NCBI GenBank assembly: GCA_963926085.1
Contig: CAWUWV010000188.1
Span: 1 to 34,026, forward strand
Direction: 5' to 3'
From: an uncultured Alphaproteobacteria bacterium
GTDB taxonomy: Bacteria; Pseudomonadota; Alphaproteobacteria; Bin95
Length of the DNA: 34,026 bases
The translations under genes were made by a program, and so were the position numbers. The notes below the pieces were generated by a model, which worked only from the letters and a program-made list of their open reading frames with translations, did no database searches and had not been told where the DNA came from. Within the stretch, counting starts at the first letter, position 1, and the number at the start of each line of letters is the position of its first letter. This document shows positions 9,092 through 19,477 of the stretch, in pieces.

Positions 9092-10117
9092 CTATTCGGC
9101 GGCTGACTGCTGCAGCATGCGGCGGCGATATGTCGGTCCCCACTCGCGGGTTGTTTCATAGATCTTTGGCAATGGGCGGCCGTTTGGCAGCGTTAGCCAG
9201 AGGCGCAGCATGCATCGGCGGGCTGCAGGGTCAGCATGATCGGTATAGGTGTCGCGGGCGTGGAAACAGGTCGCGTTATTGCCAATCTCTAGATCCCCAG
9301 GTGCCAGCGTCAATGAAAGATGAAAGCGCGGATCATTCGCGGTTTTATCCAGATAATCGAGCGCTTCAATCTGTTTATCCGTCAGGCGCGGCAATTCCGG
9401 GAAGCGTTGCGCAGTTTCAATGTATCGGCGTTTGTAAAGCGCTGACATAAGCCCGTCATGCGCGGTAAATATCGGCAATGTCTGGACTTTCGCGTCATCT
9501 GGATTTTGTACGCGTGCATCAAAATGGAACGGGGCGCGGAGTTCAGCTGCAAGATCAGGCCGTTCCTCCAGGATCGCATTATAGATCGCAACGGATGAGA
9601 CAAGCCGTGATCGCCCGCCAGATTTAGCCGTCCGAAGGCACATCAGAGCAAAGATATCTGCGCCGTCGGTATGGAAATTCAGTTCTTCGTTGGTTTGAAA
9701 CCCGCGGATATTATCTGACTTATCAACTTCAGCGCCGGTATCTGTGACCACATGTAAAAGCGCACCAGCTTTGTCTTGTGGCTCTGGAATTCCTAGATAT
9801 TGCCCGATACCCCATAGCAGCACAGGCGCTTCCGCATCTGTGAAATCCTCGACCGGTAGCCCTTGCAACAAAACAAAGCCCCTCCCGCCCTCAAGCTCAT
9901 CCCGAAAGCCAATGAGCCGTGGCCCGAGGGTTGGTAGCGGGAAGTTCTTTGCAGTCAGCGCCGTAGTGGGTTTCCCGGTGCTGAGCGCGGTTCTAGCAGC
10001 TGTACGAACCTCATCGCGCTCAGCATCAGTTAAACGCACCCGCCAGGTTTGGTCTTGGTCCAAATCGGCTGCAGTCCATGCGACAGCCCCCTGGAATGGA
10101 CCTATTTCCTGAGCCAT
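9092..10117 (-). CDS. TauD/TfdA-family Fe(II)/2-oxoglutarate-dependent dioxygenase
   Basis: FHTDGAD (HxD iron ligands) and overall TauD-like layout. Strong SD (AAGGAGGT) upstream of the ATG at 10117. Confidence 0.7.
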   Translation of the reverse strand: MAQEIGPFQGAVAWTAADLDQDQTWRVRLTDAERDEVRTAARTALSTGKPTTALTAKNFPLPTLGPRLIGFRDELEGGRGFVLLQGLPVEDFTDAEAPVLLWGIGQYLGIPEPQDKAGALLHVVTDTGAEVDKSDNIRGFQTNEELNFHTDGADIFALMCLRTAKSGGRSRLVSSVAIYNAILEERPDLAAELRAPFHFDARVQNPDDAKVQTLPIFTAHDGLMSALYKRRYIETAQRFPELPRLTDKQIEALDYLDKTANDPRFHLSLTLAPGDLEIGNNATCFHARDTYTDHADPAARRCMLRLWLTLPNGRPLPKIYETTREWGPTYRRRMLQQSAAE

Positions 10118-10158
10118 ATCAGACCTCCTTCAAGTGAGTGCGTACTTAGCAGTATGTT

Positions 10159-10863
10159 TTATGAAAGTGCTGCTCTGAAAGCATCGAGTGTGCGCCCATT
10201 CGCAAGGTTCGCATTCTCTTCGTCGTATGGAATGCCGCCGATCCGCGCGAAAGCGTGATCCATACCCGGATAGCTGAAAATACTGGCTGCACCGGTGCTT
10301 GCCAGCCCGTCTTTGACTTTCGCCTGGGCTTCTTTCGGCACAAATCCATCTTCTTCAGCTATGTGTAGTACCAGCGGTTTCGTGATCTTGCTTGCCTCGC
10401 CCAAAAGGTCCTCGATCCCAACGCCATAGTAGCCGACATTGCAATCCGCATCTGTCCGGGTCGCCAGCAAATAAGCCAGCTTACCGCCAAGACAGAACCC
10501 AACTGAGCCAACTTTGCCATTGGCACCGTCCATCTGCCGTGCATGGGCGATGGTGGCCTTCAGGTCATCAATGCCCTTCTCAACGTCGAAGCCTTGGTAA
10601 AGCTCAAATGCTTTCTTCCACTCGGCTTCAGACTGGTCGGTGATATCGACACCGGGGTCCTGGCGCCAGAATAGATCCGGCGCAACGGTGATATAGCCTT
10701 GATTCGCCCAATGTTTTGCAATATCGCGCATGGCGTGATTGACGCCGAAGATTTCCTGAATGCAGATGACGACTGGACCTTGGCCGCCTGCTGGTTTTTC
10801 TACATAGGCTTTGAAAGACCCGCCATCATTCGCCTGAAGATCGATCCACTCGGCCATGCTCAT
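10159..10863 (-). CDS. dienelactone hydrolase family protein
   Basis: GFCLGGKLAY nucleophile-elbow motif and alpha/beta-hydrolase length (234 aa). Confidence 0.75.
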   Translation of the reverse strand: MSMAEWIDLQANDGGSFKAYVEKPAGGQGPVVICIQEIFGVNHAMRDIAKHWANQGYITVAPDLFWRQDPGVDITDQSEAEWKKAFELYQGFDVEKGIDDLKATIAHARQMDGANGKVGSVGFCLGGKLAYLLATRTDADCNVGYYGVGIEDLLGEASKITKPLVLHIAEEDGFVPKEAQAKVKDGLASTGAASIFSYPGMDHAFARIGGIPYDEENANLANGRTLDAFRAALS

Positions 10864-10908
10864 ATCCTTCCAGAAGTCTTGGTTCTTTCTGAAAGCATAA
10901 CCGTGGCG

Positions 10909-11649
10909 CTACTTGGCGCGCAACGCCTTCAACCGTCCGACAATTGCCTTCAGCTCAGCATTCGCTTCTTCTACACCGAGTGTCAGTTGCTCTTCGGAGA
11001 GGGAAAGGTCGAGTGACGCCCGATGCGCCTGCGCTTCGTGGGATATAATGGCGTCAGCCTCACTCTTGGTCCGCCGATAGCTTTGAGCGGCGAAGGCGGC
11101 GGCGAGGGAATAGCGAACATAGGCGCTGCGCAGCCGCTCAGGTGCCTTCTCGCCAGCGGCTTGGTCTTCTTTTGCAAGGGCGATCAGTGCTGCTGCGTCG
11201 CCATAGGCTGCAGCTGCTTTCCGCCAGCGCATGGCGGCTTCAGTGTCTTCGCCTGCTTGTAGGAGCTTGGCCAGGAGTGACATCGCTTCAGGGCGCTTCT
11301 GCTCAGCCGCGCGTTTGGCCCAGTTGATGGCGGCAGCTTCGTTCTTGGCGATCACACCGCCTGTCGCCAGCATATTCGCTAGGGTGGACTGCGCCGGTGC
11401 GTATCCGGCCATTGCTGCATCTAGAAGCAAGGCCTCACCCTGTGGGATGTCCGGGTCACCGCCAAAGCCACGCAGCAGCAAATGGGCGAGAAGTGCTTTT
11501 TCTTGTGGGGTTGAAGGGTTCTGCAGTACGGCGCGCGCAGCGGCTGGTGAGCCGGCTTTGTAGGCGTCCATTGCCGTTTTGAAATCAGCCTGCGCACCGC
11601 TAACGGGCAGTATCACCGCCATTGCTAGCGCGTAGAGGTCGACCCGCAT
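10909..11649 (-). CDS. secreted Sel1/TPR-like repeat protein with a C-terminal coiled-coil
   Basis: Signal-peptide-like MRVDLYALAMAVILPVSGAQA at the internal Met (11649). Ala-rich repeats of the Sel1 type (INWAKRAAEQKRPEAMSLLAKLL). The start is uncertain: 11697 would overlap ogt. Confidence 0.55.
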   Translation of the reverse strand: MRVDLYALAMAVILPVSGAQADFKTAMDAYKAGSPAAARAVLQNPSTPQEKALLAHLLLRGFGGDPDIPQGEALLLDAAMAGYAPAQSTLANMLATGGVIAKNEAAAINWAKRAAEQKRPEAMSLLAKLLQAGEDTEAAMRWRKAAAAYGDAAALIALAKEDQAAGEKAPERLRSAYVRYSLAAAFAAQSYRRTKSEADAIISHEAQAHRASLDLSLSEEQLTLGVEEANAELKAIVGRLKALRAK

Positions 11650-11660
11650 CCCATTAATCT

Positions 11661-12134
11661 TCACAGTAATAGCGCTCCTTCGTGTTGCAGCAGCCATTGC
11701 TTTGTTTCAACGCCGCCTTTGCCTGAATACCCTACCATGCGGCCACCCGCCCCGACGACCCTGTGACACGGAATGATGATCGGAATTGGGTTCCGACCGC
11801 AGGCACCACCAACTGCCCGTGCGGGCTTACCGACGATCGCTGCCAAGTCGCCATAAGTGGCCGTAACGCCATATGGAATTTCACACATGGCTGCCCATAC
11901 GGCTCGCTCGAATGCGTCGCCTGCGGGCAAGCAGGCAACAGTGAAGTCTTTGAGATCACGTGCGAAATAAGCATGAAGTTCAGCCGTTGCATCGGCAAGC
12001 GACTGCGAATTCACCGGCGTTGTTGGTTCTTCGTCCACCCAGTTGAGGGTGGTTACTGCGCCGTTCTCGGCTGTGATCTCAAGGCCGCCAAGGGGCGAGC
12101 TTACTATGGCCTTCGCAATCTTCTCGTCCATCAT
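11661..12134 (-). CDS. ogt: methylated-DNA--protein-cysteine methyltransferase
   Basis: Active-site IPCHRVV and the downstream GGxxxKxWLLxHEG-type tail (GGVETKQWLLQHEG). Confidence 0.9.
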   Translation of the reverse strand: MMDEKIAKAIVSSPLGGLEITAENGAVTTLNWVDEEPTTPVNSQSLADATAELHAYFARDLKDFTVACLPAGDAFERAVWAAMCEIPYGVTATYGDLAAIVGKPARAVGGACGRNPIPIIIPCHRVVGAGGRMVGYSGKGGVETKQWLLQHEGALLL

Positions 12135-12245
12135 CGCTCCTTTGCGCCAGCTTGATGGGGATGTGCCACATTGGCTTCAGCCGTAGGCACGGCTTGCTTC
12201 AATGGCTATATAGTACCTGCGCTACAAGCAAGGAATGGGTCTGCG

Positions 12246-12536
12246 ATGAAGATCACCATAGATTTCGATGCAACGCCCGACGAAGCCCGTCGGTTTTTTG
12301 GCCTGCCTGACATCGCGCCGATGCAGGAAGCGCTTGTTGCAGACATGACAGCCAAAATGCAGGAAGCGCTAGGGTCTATGGACCCTGAGCAGATGTGGCG
12401 GCAATGGATGCCAGTAGCAGGCGCTGGCATCGGCGGCGCTGGTGCAGACATACCTGGGGGTATGGATGCCATGCGGCAGTTCTGGGAACAGGCTATGCGG
12501 ACGGCCATGACCGGCAGTAAATCGAACGACAAATGA
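12246..12536 (+). CDS. small conserved hypothetical protein
   Basis: ORF with AAGGAA 12 nt upstream of the ATG at 12246. MKITIDFDATPDEARRFFGLPDIAPMQ; no recognisable catalytic motif. Confidence 0.5.
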   Translation: MKITIDFDATPDEARRFFGLPDIAPMQEALVADMTAKMQEALGSMDPEQMWRQWMPVAGAGIGGAGADIPGGMDAMRQFWEQAMRTAMTGSKSNDK

Positions 12537-12551
12537 TAGTAGCGCTATAGT

Positions 12552-13895
12552 ATGAGCGCCGGAGACGTCATATTCGCCTGCGCCACAGCATCCGGCCAAG
12601 CAGGCGTCGCCGTTATTAGGGTGTCTGGCGATGCTGCAGGTGATCTGTTCCCGGTATTGACGGGTAACTCCCCCCCAACCGCGCGCAGAGCCAGCCTGCG
12701 CCGATTAATAGACCCTACCGATAGCGCCGTGTTGGACCAGGCGCTGACGCTTTGGTTCCCGGCCCCGCATAGTTTTACCGGTGAAAATACGGTGGAATTG
12801 CATGTACATGGCGGCGCTGCCGTCATCACGGGCGTCATGGATGCATTGGCGGGCATAGCAGGGTTTCGACCAGCGGAAGCTGGAGAGTTCACGCGCCGAG
12901 CGTTCCGAAATGGCAAGCTGGACCTGGCGGAGGCAGAGGGCCTCGGGGATTTGATCGCAGCGGATACGGCTGCGGCCAGGCGGCAGGCGCTCTGGCAGTT
13001 GGAAGGGGGGCTGAGTGCGCTCTATGCAGATTGGCGTGAGCGCTTGGCGGTTAGACTGGCATTCGCGGAGGCCAGCTTAGATTTCGCGGACGAGCCTCTG
13101 CCAGATGACCTAGAGGCGGCTAACCGAGAAGCCATCCTGGCCCTACGGACTGAACTCGAAATGCAGCTTGGCTCCAACCGTCCTACCGAACGGATGCGCG
13201 ATGGGTTGTATGTTGCACTGGTGGGTCCGCCAAATGTAGGAAAATCAAGCCTGCTGAACGCGCTAGCAGGTCGCGACGCTGCGATTGTTACAGATATCCC
13301 TGGCACCACGCGGGATGTGATGGAAGTGCGTCTAGATATCGGTGGATATCCTGTTCTCGTTGCCGATACTGCTGGCTTGCGTGAGAGTGAGGATGTAGTT
13401 GAGCAAGAAGGTATGCGCCGGGCACGAATAGCTGCGTCGAGTGCTGATATCGTCGTAACTGTAGCTGAATGCCAAAACTGGCCGAATGCTCTGGCTGACC
13501 TCACGCAGGGTTCTTTCGAAAAGGACTCGCCAAACCTTGTCTTCTGGAATAAGTCAGATGCTGTACAGGTGCGGCCATTCCTGGGTGATATGAAGCATGC
13601 AATCTGGGGCTCCGCCAAAACGGGTGCTGGCCTGGATCTTTTAGAAGATGCCATAAGACATGTGGCTGGGCATGCGTTTGAAACGGGCCCACCACCAGGT
13701 ATCACGCAAGCACGCCATAGGGTAGCGCTTGAAGATTGTGTCGCAGCTTTGCATCGCTGGGAACACGCGCCAGCACCTGAGCTCGCTACAGAGGATTTGC
13801 GGCTAGCGATGCGGAGTCTGGGGCGTGTTGTCGGACTCGTTGATGTTGAAGATCTATTAGACCGCATATTTAGTGCGTTCTGCATTGGAAAATAG
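12552..13895 (+). CDS. mnmE: tRNA modification GTPase MnmE
   Basis: G1 GPPNVGKSSLLNAL, G3 DTAGLR, C-terminal CIGK. Confidence 0.95.
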   Translation: MSAGDVIFACATASGQAGVAVIRVSGDAAGDLFPVLTGNSPPTARRASLRRLIDPTDSAVLDQALTLWFPAPHSFTGENTVELHVHGGAAVITGVMDALAGIAGFRPAEAGEFTRRAFRNGKLDLAEAEGLGDLIAADTAAARRQALWQLEGGLSALYADWRERLAVRLAFAEASLDFADEPLPDDLEAANREAILALRTELEMQLGSNRPTERMRDGLYVALVGPPNVGKSSLLNALAGRDAAIVTDIPGTTRDVMEVRLDIGGYPVLVADTAGLRESEDVVEQEGMRRARIAASSADIVVTVAECQNWPNALADLTQGSFEKDSPNLVFWNKSDAVQVRPFLGDMKHAIWGSAKTGAGLDLLEDAIRHVAGHAFETGPPPGITQARHRVALEDCVAALHRWEHAPAPELATEDLRLAMRSLGRVVGLVDVEDLLDRIFSAFCIGK

Positions 13896-13909
13896 GATAA
13901 GCAGGGACA

Positions 13910-15799
13910 ATGTTTCACGTGAAACATCATGATTATCAATACGATGTCATCGTGGTTGGTGGGGGTCATGCCGGCTGCGAAGCTGCCGCTGCCTCCGCGC
14001 GCATGGGCGCACGCACGGCTCTTGTTACTCACAAGCTCCACACAATCGGTGAAATGTCCTGCAATCCAGCGATTGGTGGCCTTGGTAAAGGTCATCTCGT
14101 TCGGGAAATTGACGCCTTAGATGGATTGATGGGCCGCGTCGCGGATGCAGCCGGAATCCAGTTCCGGCTCCTCAATCGGAGTAAAGGACCAGCAGTCCGA
14201 GGCCCGCGGGCACAGGCTGACCGAAAGCTATATCGGGAGGCAATGCAGACCGCCCTCGCAGAACAAGATCGATTGTCGCTTATCGCGGGTGCAGTTGATG
14301 ACATTCTGATGGATGGGCTTCAGGCGTGCGGTGTTCTTCTTGAGGATGGTCGGGAGATCCGGTCCGGTGCCGTCGTTGTAACCACTGGGACATTTTTGCG
14401 CGGTATCATTCATATTGGCCACAAACAGATCGCGTCTGGCCGGATTGGTGAGGCTGCTGCAACAACCTTTGGCCAGCGACTTGAGTCCCATGGCTTTGCG
14501 ATGGGACGCCTTAAGACTGGTACACCTGCTCGGCTTCTGCGGGATACTATAAACTATTCAACATTGACGGCCCAGCCGGGGGACGATCCGCCGGAACCGT
14601 TTTCTGCGATGACAAAGGCAATCACAACGCCACAATTGGATTGCCATATCACCTTCACGAACGATCAAACCCACAAGATCATCCATGAGCATCTGCATGA
14701 GTCGGCGATTTATGGTGGTGGGATCACTGGTCCAGGTCCACGCTATTGCCCGTCTATCGAGGATAAAGTTGTTCGATTTCAGGAGAAAAACGCGCATCAG
14801 ATCTTCCTCGAACCGGAAGGATTATATAGTCCTCTTGTCTATCCAAATGGGATATCGACCAGTTTGCCTGAAGCAGTCCAGATAGAATTCCTTCGAACCA
14901 TTGAGGGCCTTGAGAGCGTTGAGATCGCCAAACCTGGTTATGCTGTAGAGTATGATTTCGTTGATCCCCGTGAGCTCGATCACGGCCTGCAGACGAAACG
15001 CATCCCTGGCCTTTACCTAGCAGGTCAGATCAATGGCACGACTGGGTATGAGGAAGCAGGCGCACAAGGTTTGATCGCCGGTCTAAATGCGGCCTGTGCG
15101 GTTTCCGGCCAAGCGCAGGTTACCTTTGATCGCTCGGAGGCCTATATGGGCGTCCTGATCGATGATTTGGTAGTACGAGGGGTCGATGAGCCCTACCGAA
15201 TGTTCACGTCCCGAGCTGAGTTTCGATTGCACCTGCGAGCCGACAATGCTGATAGTCGCCTGACAGCCCGCGGGATTGATATTGGATGCGTTGGTAAAGC
15301 GCGGACCGATTTGTTTCACGTGAAACATGCGGTACTCCAGAGCGCTCGGACGACTCTTGAGGCATGGACGGCCACGCCTGGAGAGCTCAGTCGAATAGGC
15401 GCGCCCGCTAATGATGATGGGCGCCGCCGATCTGCCCTGGAGCTTATGGGGCGCTTTGGGGCTGAGGACCGGCATCTCTGCATGCTCTGGCCCGATCTGG
15501 CGGAGATTCCGCTATGGGCCCGTGAGAGCCTGACAGTGGATGCACAATATGCCTCTTACTTAGAACGCCAGCGGGCTGACGTTGAGGCTTTCAAGCGTGA
15601 CGAGGCTTTACAATTGCCGCAGGACCTTGATTACGCAGATATTGGCAGTCTTTCTAATGAGGCGCGCCAACGTTTGGAACGTGTGCGTCCAGATACGCTT
15701 GGCGCTGCAGCGAGGATGCCAGGTATCACGCCAGCGGCCATAAGTGCCCTATTACGCTATATGCAGAACGGCCCCAAACGCCGTGCAGCGGCTCGATGA
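13910..15799 (+). CDS. mnmG: tRNA uridine 5-carboxymethylaminomethyl modification enzyme MnmG (GidA)
   Basis: [18 protein letters not shown] fold, 629 aa, ATGA overlap with rsmG. Confidence 0.95.
   Translation: MFHVKHHDYQYDVIVVGGGHAGCEAAAASARMGARTALVTHKLHTIGEMSCNPAIGGLGKGHLVREIDALDGLMGRVADAAGIQFRLLNRSKGPAVRGPRAQADRKLYREAMQTALAEQDRLSLIAGAVDDILMDGLQACGVLLEDGREIRSGAVVVTTGTFLRGIIHIGHKQIASGRIGEAAATTFGQRLESHGFAMGRLKTGTPARLLRDTINYSTLTAQPGDDPPEPFSAMTKAITTPQLDCHITFTNDQTHKIIHEHLHESAIYGGGITGPGPRYCPSIEDKVVRFQEKNAHQIFLEPEGLYSPLVYPNGISTSLPEAVQIEFLRTIEGLESVEIAKPGYAVEYDFVDPRELDHGLQTKRIPGLYLAGQINGTTGYEEAGAQGLIAGLNAACAVSGQAQVTFDRSEAYMGVLIDDLVVRGVDEPYRMFTSRAEFRLHLRADNADSRLTARGIDIGCVGKARTDLFHVKHAVLQSARTTLEAWTATPGELSRIGAPANDDGRRRSALELMGRFGAEDRHLCMLWPDLAEIPLWARESLTVDAQYASYLERQRADVEAFKRDEALQLPQDLDYADIGSLSNEARQRLERVRPDTLGAAARMPGITPAAISALLRYMQNGPKRRAAAR
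13911..13926. other. parS centromere-like site, perfect 16-bp palindrome TGTTTCACGTGAAACA
   Basis: Exact match to the canonical ParB/Spo0J parS consensus. Starts at the second base of the mnmG start codon and encodes FHVKH. Confidence 0.85.
15312..15327. other. parS centromere-like site, second perfect copy of TGTTTCACGTGAAACA
   Basis: Identical 16-mer inside mnmG, again translated FHVKH, about 2 kb upstream of parAB. Confidence 0.85.
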
Positions 15800-16434
15800 G
15801 CCCTCCGAAAGACGTCTTGAACGCCCTAACCAAGTTGGGCGTTTCTGACACGGCTTTTGAAGGCCTGACGACCTATGTCGCAGTGTTGGATAAGTGGCGG
15901 CAGCGGATCAATCTAATTGGCCCAGGCTCCATAGATGATATCTGGCGGCGGCACGTTTTGGATTCAGCGCAGGCCTGGCCACAAATAACGGAGACGGATG
16001 GGCCGCTATTGGACCTTGGCTCCGGCGCAGGATTACCCGGCTTGATCTTCTCAATCCTGGGCGCGAGCAATGTGACGCTGGTAGACAGCGATCAGCGGAA
16101 AGCCGTGTTTTTGCGGGAAGCGGCTCGTGCAGCGGGCGTAAAACCACGTATTGTCGCCCAGCGTTTTGATGCAGCACTGTCAAATGAAGCTGGTTCCTAC
16201 GATGTTGTGACGGCTCGGGCCGTCGCCAGCATTACAAAATTGATGCCGATGCTGAGGAAAGCTCTAAAACCTGAGGGTTATGCACTGCTGCTCAAAGGAG
16301 CGCAGACCGAAAAGGAATTGACCGAGGCGCAGAAATCCTGGACACTGCGATACGCTCTAACGCCCAGTATTACTGGGGGTGGCGGTCAAATTGTCAAAAT
16401 ATGGGGCATTGCGCAGCATGATAGAGGTTCTTGA
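15796..16434 (+). CDS. rsmG: 16S rRNA m7G527 methyltransferase RsmG (GidB)
   Basis: [14 protein letters not shown] motif. Position between mnmG and parA. Confidence 0.9.
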   Translation: MSPPKDVLNALTKLGVSDTAFEGLTTYVAVLDKWRQRINLIGPGSIDDIWRRHVLDSAQAWPQITETDGPLLDLGSGAGLPGLIFSILGASNVTLVDSDQRKAVFLREAARAAGVKPRIVAQRFDAALSNEAGSYDVVTARAVASITKLMPMLRKALKPEGYALLLKGAQTEKELTEAQKSWTLRYALTPSITGGGGQIVKIWGIAQHDRGS

Positions 16435-17287
16435 CGCGCCGTCGAGGCAAGCAGAACGAGCCACCGCGCGCCCGCGTATTATCGCCGTCGTCAATCAAAA
16501 GGGCGGGGTTGGAAAAACGACTACGGCCATAAACCTTGCCGCGGCGCTTGCGGCTTGCGGTAAGAAGACGCTGGTGATCGATTTGGATCCCCAAGGCAAT
16601 GCGTCCACTGGCGTCGGCATTCCTGCTAGCAAGCGTGCCATTGGCGTTTATGACGTTTTGATTGGGGAGGCGGCACTCCATGATGCGGCCATGCCAACAG
16701 AAACACCTGGCTTTCATATCATCCCGTCGACCATGGATTTGTCCGGGGCTGAGATCGAGCTGGTCGGCATGCCGCGCCGGGAGCGTCGGCTTGCGGATGC
16801 ATTGGATGCAAGCATTGGTGCGGGCGCGCTGGATTATGCCTACATTCTCATTGATTGCCCGCCATCGCTTGGCTTGCTGACGCTGAACGCACTCACAGTG
16901 GCTGATGGGGCGCTGGCGCCGTTGCAGGCGGAATTCTTGGCGCTTGAAGGGCTGAGCCATTTGAAGCGCACGATCGACCTTGTGTCAGAGCGGCTCAATC
17001 GGCGTTTGGCGCTTGAGGGAATCGTGCTGACAATGATGGACCGGCGGATGCGCTTAGCCGAAGCGGTCGCTGCGGATGTACGCTCGCATTTCGGCGACAT
17101 CGTCTATAAGGCCGAAATTCCACGCAATGTGCGGGTTTCTGAAGCGCCGTCGCACGGTAAGCCTGTGCTGCTTTATGATCTACAATGCTCTGGCAGCCGG
17201 GCTTATCTGAAACTGGCGCGGGAGTTCCTGCGGCGTGAGAAGATCTTGCCGCCAAAAGGTCAATCCGGAATGGGGCAGGCAGCGTGA
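16418..17287 (+). CDS. parA: chromosome partitioning ATPase ParA
   Basis: Deviant Walker A NQKGGVGKTTT. Start placed at the internal ATG 16418 (uncertain). Confidence 0.9.
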   Translation: MIEVLDAPSRQAERATARPRIIAVVNQKGGVGKTTTAINLAAALAACGKKTLVIDLDPQGNASTGVGIPASKRAIGVYDVLIGEAALHDAAMPTETPGFHIIPSTMDLSGAEIELVGMPRRERRLADALDASIGAGALDYAYILIDCPPSLGLLTLNALTVADGALAPLQAEFLALEGLSHLKRTIDLVSERLNRRLALEGIVLTMMDRRMRLAEAVAADVRSHFGDIVYKAEIPRNVRVSEAPSHGKPVLLYDLQCSGSRAYLKLAREFLRREKILPPKGQSGMGQAA

Positions 17288-18237
17288 GCGAAGACGGGAA
17301 GAGCGGTAGTAAAGCGACACGGCCAAAGCTAGGGCGCGGTCTTGCAGCCTTGCTGGGCGATGATGGTGACGCGATGGACGTTGGTGTGGAGGAAGTATCC
17401 GCCCGTTTGGCTCGTGCGATTCCTATCGCGGCTCTGCGACCTGGCGCTGGCCAACCAAGGCGGCATTTTGACGAGGATGCGCTCGATTCCCTAGCGCAGT
17501 CGATCCGCGAACGCGGAATGTTGCAGCCGATTATTGCGCGCCGTGTTGATGGCGCACCGGGCCAGTATGAGATCGTCGCTGGCGAGCGACGCTGGCGGGC
17601 AGCGCAGCGGGCCGGATTGGCTGAAGCACCGGTCATCCTTCGGGAGATGACGGACCGGGATGCGCTGGAAATCGCGCTCGTTGAGAATGTCCAACGTGAG
17701 GACTTGAACCCGGTCGAAGAGGCCGGCGGGTATCAGAACCTGATCGATACGTTTGAGTATACTCAGGATGATCTGGCGAAAGCGGTCGGCAAAAGTCGGC
17801 CCCATGTCGCGAATATGCTGCGACTGCTGAAATTGCCGGAGAAGACGCAAGCGCGGTTGGCTTCTGGTGAGCTTTCTGCCGGCCATGCGCGGGCTTTGCT
17901 GATGGCGAGTGACCCAGAGCGTTTGGCGGACATTGTGAAAGCGCGTGGCCTGAACGTTCGGCAGACGGAGCGATTGGTGCAAGAGGGCGGCATGCCAGCA
18001 GTCGCCAAACCGCCGCCAGCACCGAAGGACCCGAATGTCCGGGCGCTGGAGCGGGAGCTGACGGAAGCACTTGGCCTCAGCGTTAATCTGGCCGCAACTG
18101 GCAAAAAGGGCGGCAAGCTTACGCTGGCTTATACCGATCTCGACCAGCTTGATCTTTTGGTCCAGCGCTTAACCGGCCGTCCACAAAGGCCTGGCGCTGG
18201 GGTCGAGGATGACCCGCTGGCCCTGGTCGAGTCCTAG
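17284..18237 (+). CDS. parB: chromosome partitioning protein ParB
   Basis: IVAGERRWRAA ParB box and HTH region QDDLAKAVGKSRPHVANMLRLL. GTG start overlapping the parA stop. Confidence 0.9.
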   Translation: MSEDGKSGSKATRPKLGRGLAALLGDDGDAMDVGVEEVSARLARAIPIAALRPGAGQPRRHFDEDALDSLAQSIRERGMLQPIIARRVDGAPGQYEIVAGERRWRAAQRAGLAEAPVILREMTDRDALEIALVENVQREDLNPVEEAGGYQNLIDTFEYTQDDLAKAVGKSRPHVANMLRLLKLPEKTQARLASGELSAGHARALLMASDPERLADIVKARGLNVRQTERLVQEGGMPAVAKPPPAPKDPNVRALERELTEALGLSVNLAATGKKGGKLTLAYTDLDQLDLLVQRLTGRPQRPGAGVEDDPLALVES

Positions 18238-18245
18238 GGCGGTAA

Positions 18246-19412
18246 TCAGTAGCTTTTTGGCAAGTCCAGTTGGCGTTCGCCGATATAGGATAGCACCAGC
18301 TCGCGACTAATCGGTGCGATGCGCGCGATCATGATTTCGCGGAATAACCGCTCAACGTGGAATTCCTTGGCGTAGCCCATTCCGCCATGGGTAAGGACAG
18401 CGCGCTCGCAGGCCTCAAACGCGAATTCTGCAGCTAAATATTTCGCTGCATTGGCTTCGCCACCGCATGGTTCGCCCTGATCATATAGCCAAGCGCCTTT
18501 ATAGGTGAGAAGGCGCGCGGCCTCGAGCTTTGCCCAGCTATCGGCGAGGGGGTGTTGAATGCCTTGGTTCTGGCCGATGGGCCGGTCAAACACGACGCGT
18601 TCGCGGGCATAGTTGGCGGCACGGTCCAGTGCGCAGCGGCCAATGCCAATGGCCTCCGCCGCGATCAGGCAACGTTCTGGGTTCAAGCCATCTAACAAAT
18701 AGTAGAATCCACGGCCTTCTTCACCAATGCGATCTTCTTCTCGGATCTCTAACCCATCTATAAATAATGCATTGGTATCTACGCACTTACGACCCATCTT
18801 GGCGATTTCACGAATTTCAACCTTATTGCGATCAAGGTCGGTGTAGAACAGTGTGATGCCATCGAACGCGCGCTTGCATTGATCCCTGGGAGTGGTGCGG
18901 GCGAGCAGGAGGAGTTTGTCGGCGCGTTGGGCGGTCGTTGTCCACATTTTCTGGCCGTGCACGACATAGCCGTTGTCTGTGCGCTCAGCTTTGGTGGTGA
19001 TGGCGGATGTGTTGAGCCCGGCGTTCGGCTCCGTCACGCCAAAGCAGGCTTTTTCCTTGCCGGCGATCAGGGGCGGTAGAAACCGGTCCTTTTGCTCCTT
19101 GGTGCCATGCTTTACGACGGGGTGCGGCCCAAAGATATTAATGTGGACAGCGGATGCGCCCGAAAGCCCAGCGCCCGATTCCGCAATCGCTTCCATCATC
19201 ACGCAGCCTTCAGAGATGCCGAGGTTAGACCCGCCATATTCTTCCGGCATTGCGATGCCAAGCCAACCGCTAGCAGCCAGCGCTTGATAGAAATCTTCTG
19301 GGTATTCGCCGGTGTTGTCGCGATCTAGCCAATAGTCTGGTCCGAAACCTTCGCAGAGTTTCATGATAGCGTCGCGGATTTCGCGCTGCTGGTCGGTGAA
19401 ATTGAAATCCAT
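18246..19412 (-). CDS. acyl-CoA dehydrogenase family protein
   Basis: 388 aa with ACAD-type N, middle and C domains (GVTEPNAGLNTS, HGGMGYAKEFHVERLFRE). Confidence 0.85.
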   Translation of the reverse strand: MDFNFTDQQREIRDAIMKLCEGFGPDYWLDRDNTGEYPEDFYQALAASGWLGIAMPEEYGGSNLGISEGCVMMEAIAESGAGLSGASAVHINIFGPHPVVKHGTKEQKDRFLPPLIAGKEKACFGVTEPNAGLNTSAITTKAERTDNGYVVHGQKMWTTTAQRADKLLLLARTTPRDQCKRAFDGITLFYTDLDRNKVEIREIAKMGRKCVDTNALFIDGLEIREEDRIGEEGRGFYYLLDGLNPERCLIAAEAIGIGRCALDRAANYARERVVFDRPIGQNQGIQHPLADSWAKLEAARLLTYKGAWLYDQGEPCGGEANAAKYLAAEFAFEACERAVLTHGGMGYAKEFHVERLFREIMIARIAPISRELVLSYIGERQLDLPKSY

Positions 19413-19477
19413 AGTGTGCTAGTCCTGTGTGGCGTTCGATGGCGCTAATTCAGCACGTGGGCTATGGGGCTGGCAAG

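Noticed and set aside
12205-12223. A 16/19 similarity between GCTATATAGTACCTGCGCT (12205-12223) and GCCATATAGTACAGGCGCT (30294-30312).
   Set aside because: A rough expectation for a 16/19 match among all position pairs in a 34-kb window on both strands is far above one. It is best treated as coincidence. The second copy is just part of a small hairpin between convergent genes.
13022-14095. Long antisense or alternative-frame ORFs: 13022..14095(-), 16995..17636(-), 23460..24170(-), 24853..25587(+), 27468..28418(+), 28959..29609(-) and 30961..31641(-), plus many of 60-190 aa.
   Set aside because: They lie opposite or out of frame with genes that have clear family motifs. Their translations are Arg/Pro/Ala/Ser-rich low-complexity strings, as expected from open frames in high-GC DNA, and they carry no recognisable motifs.
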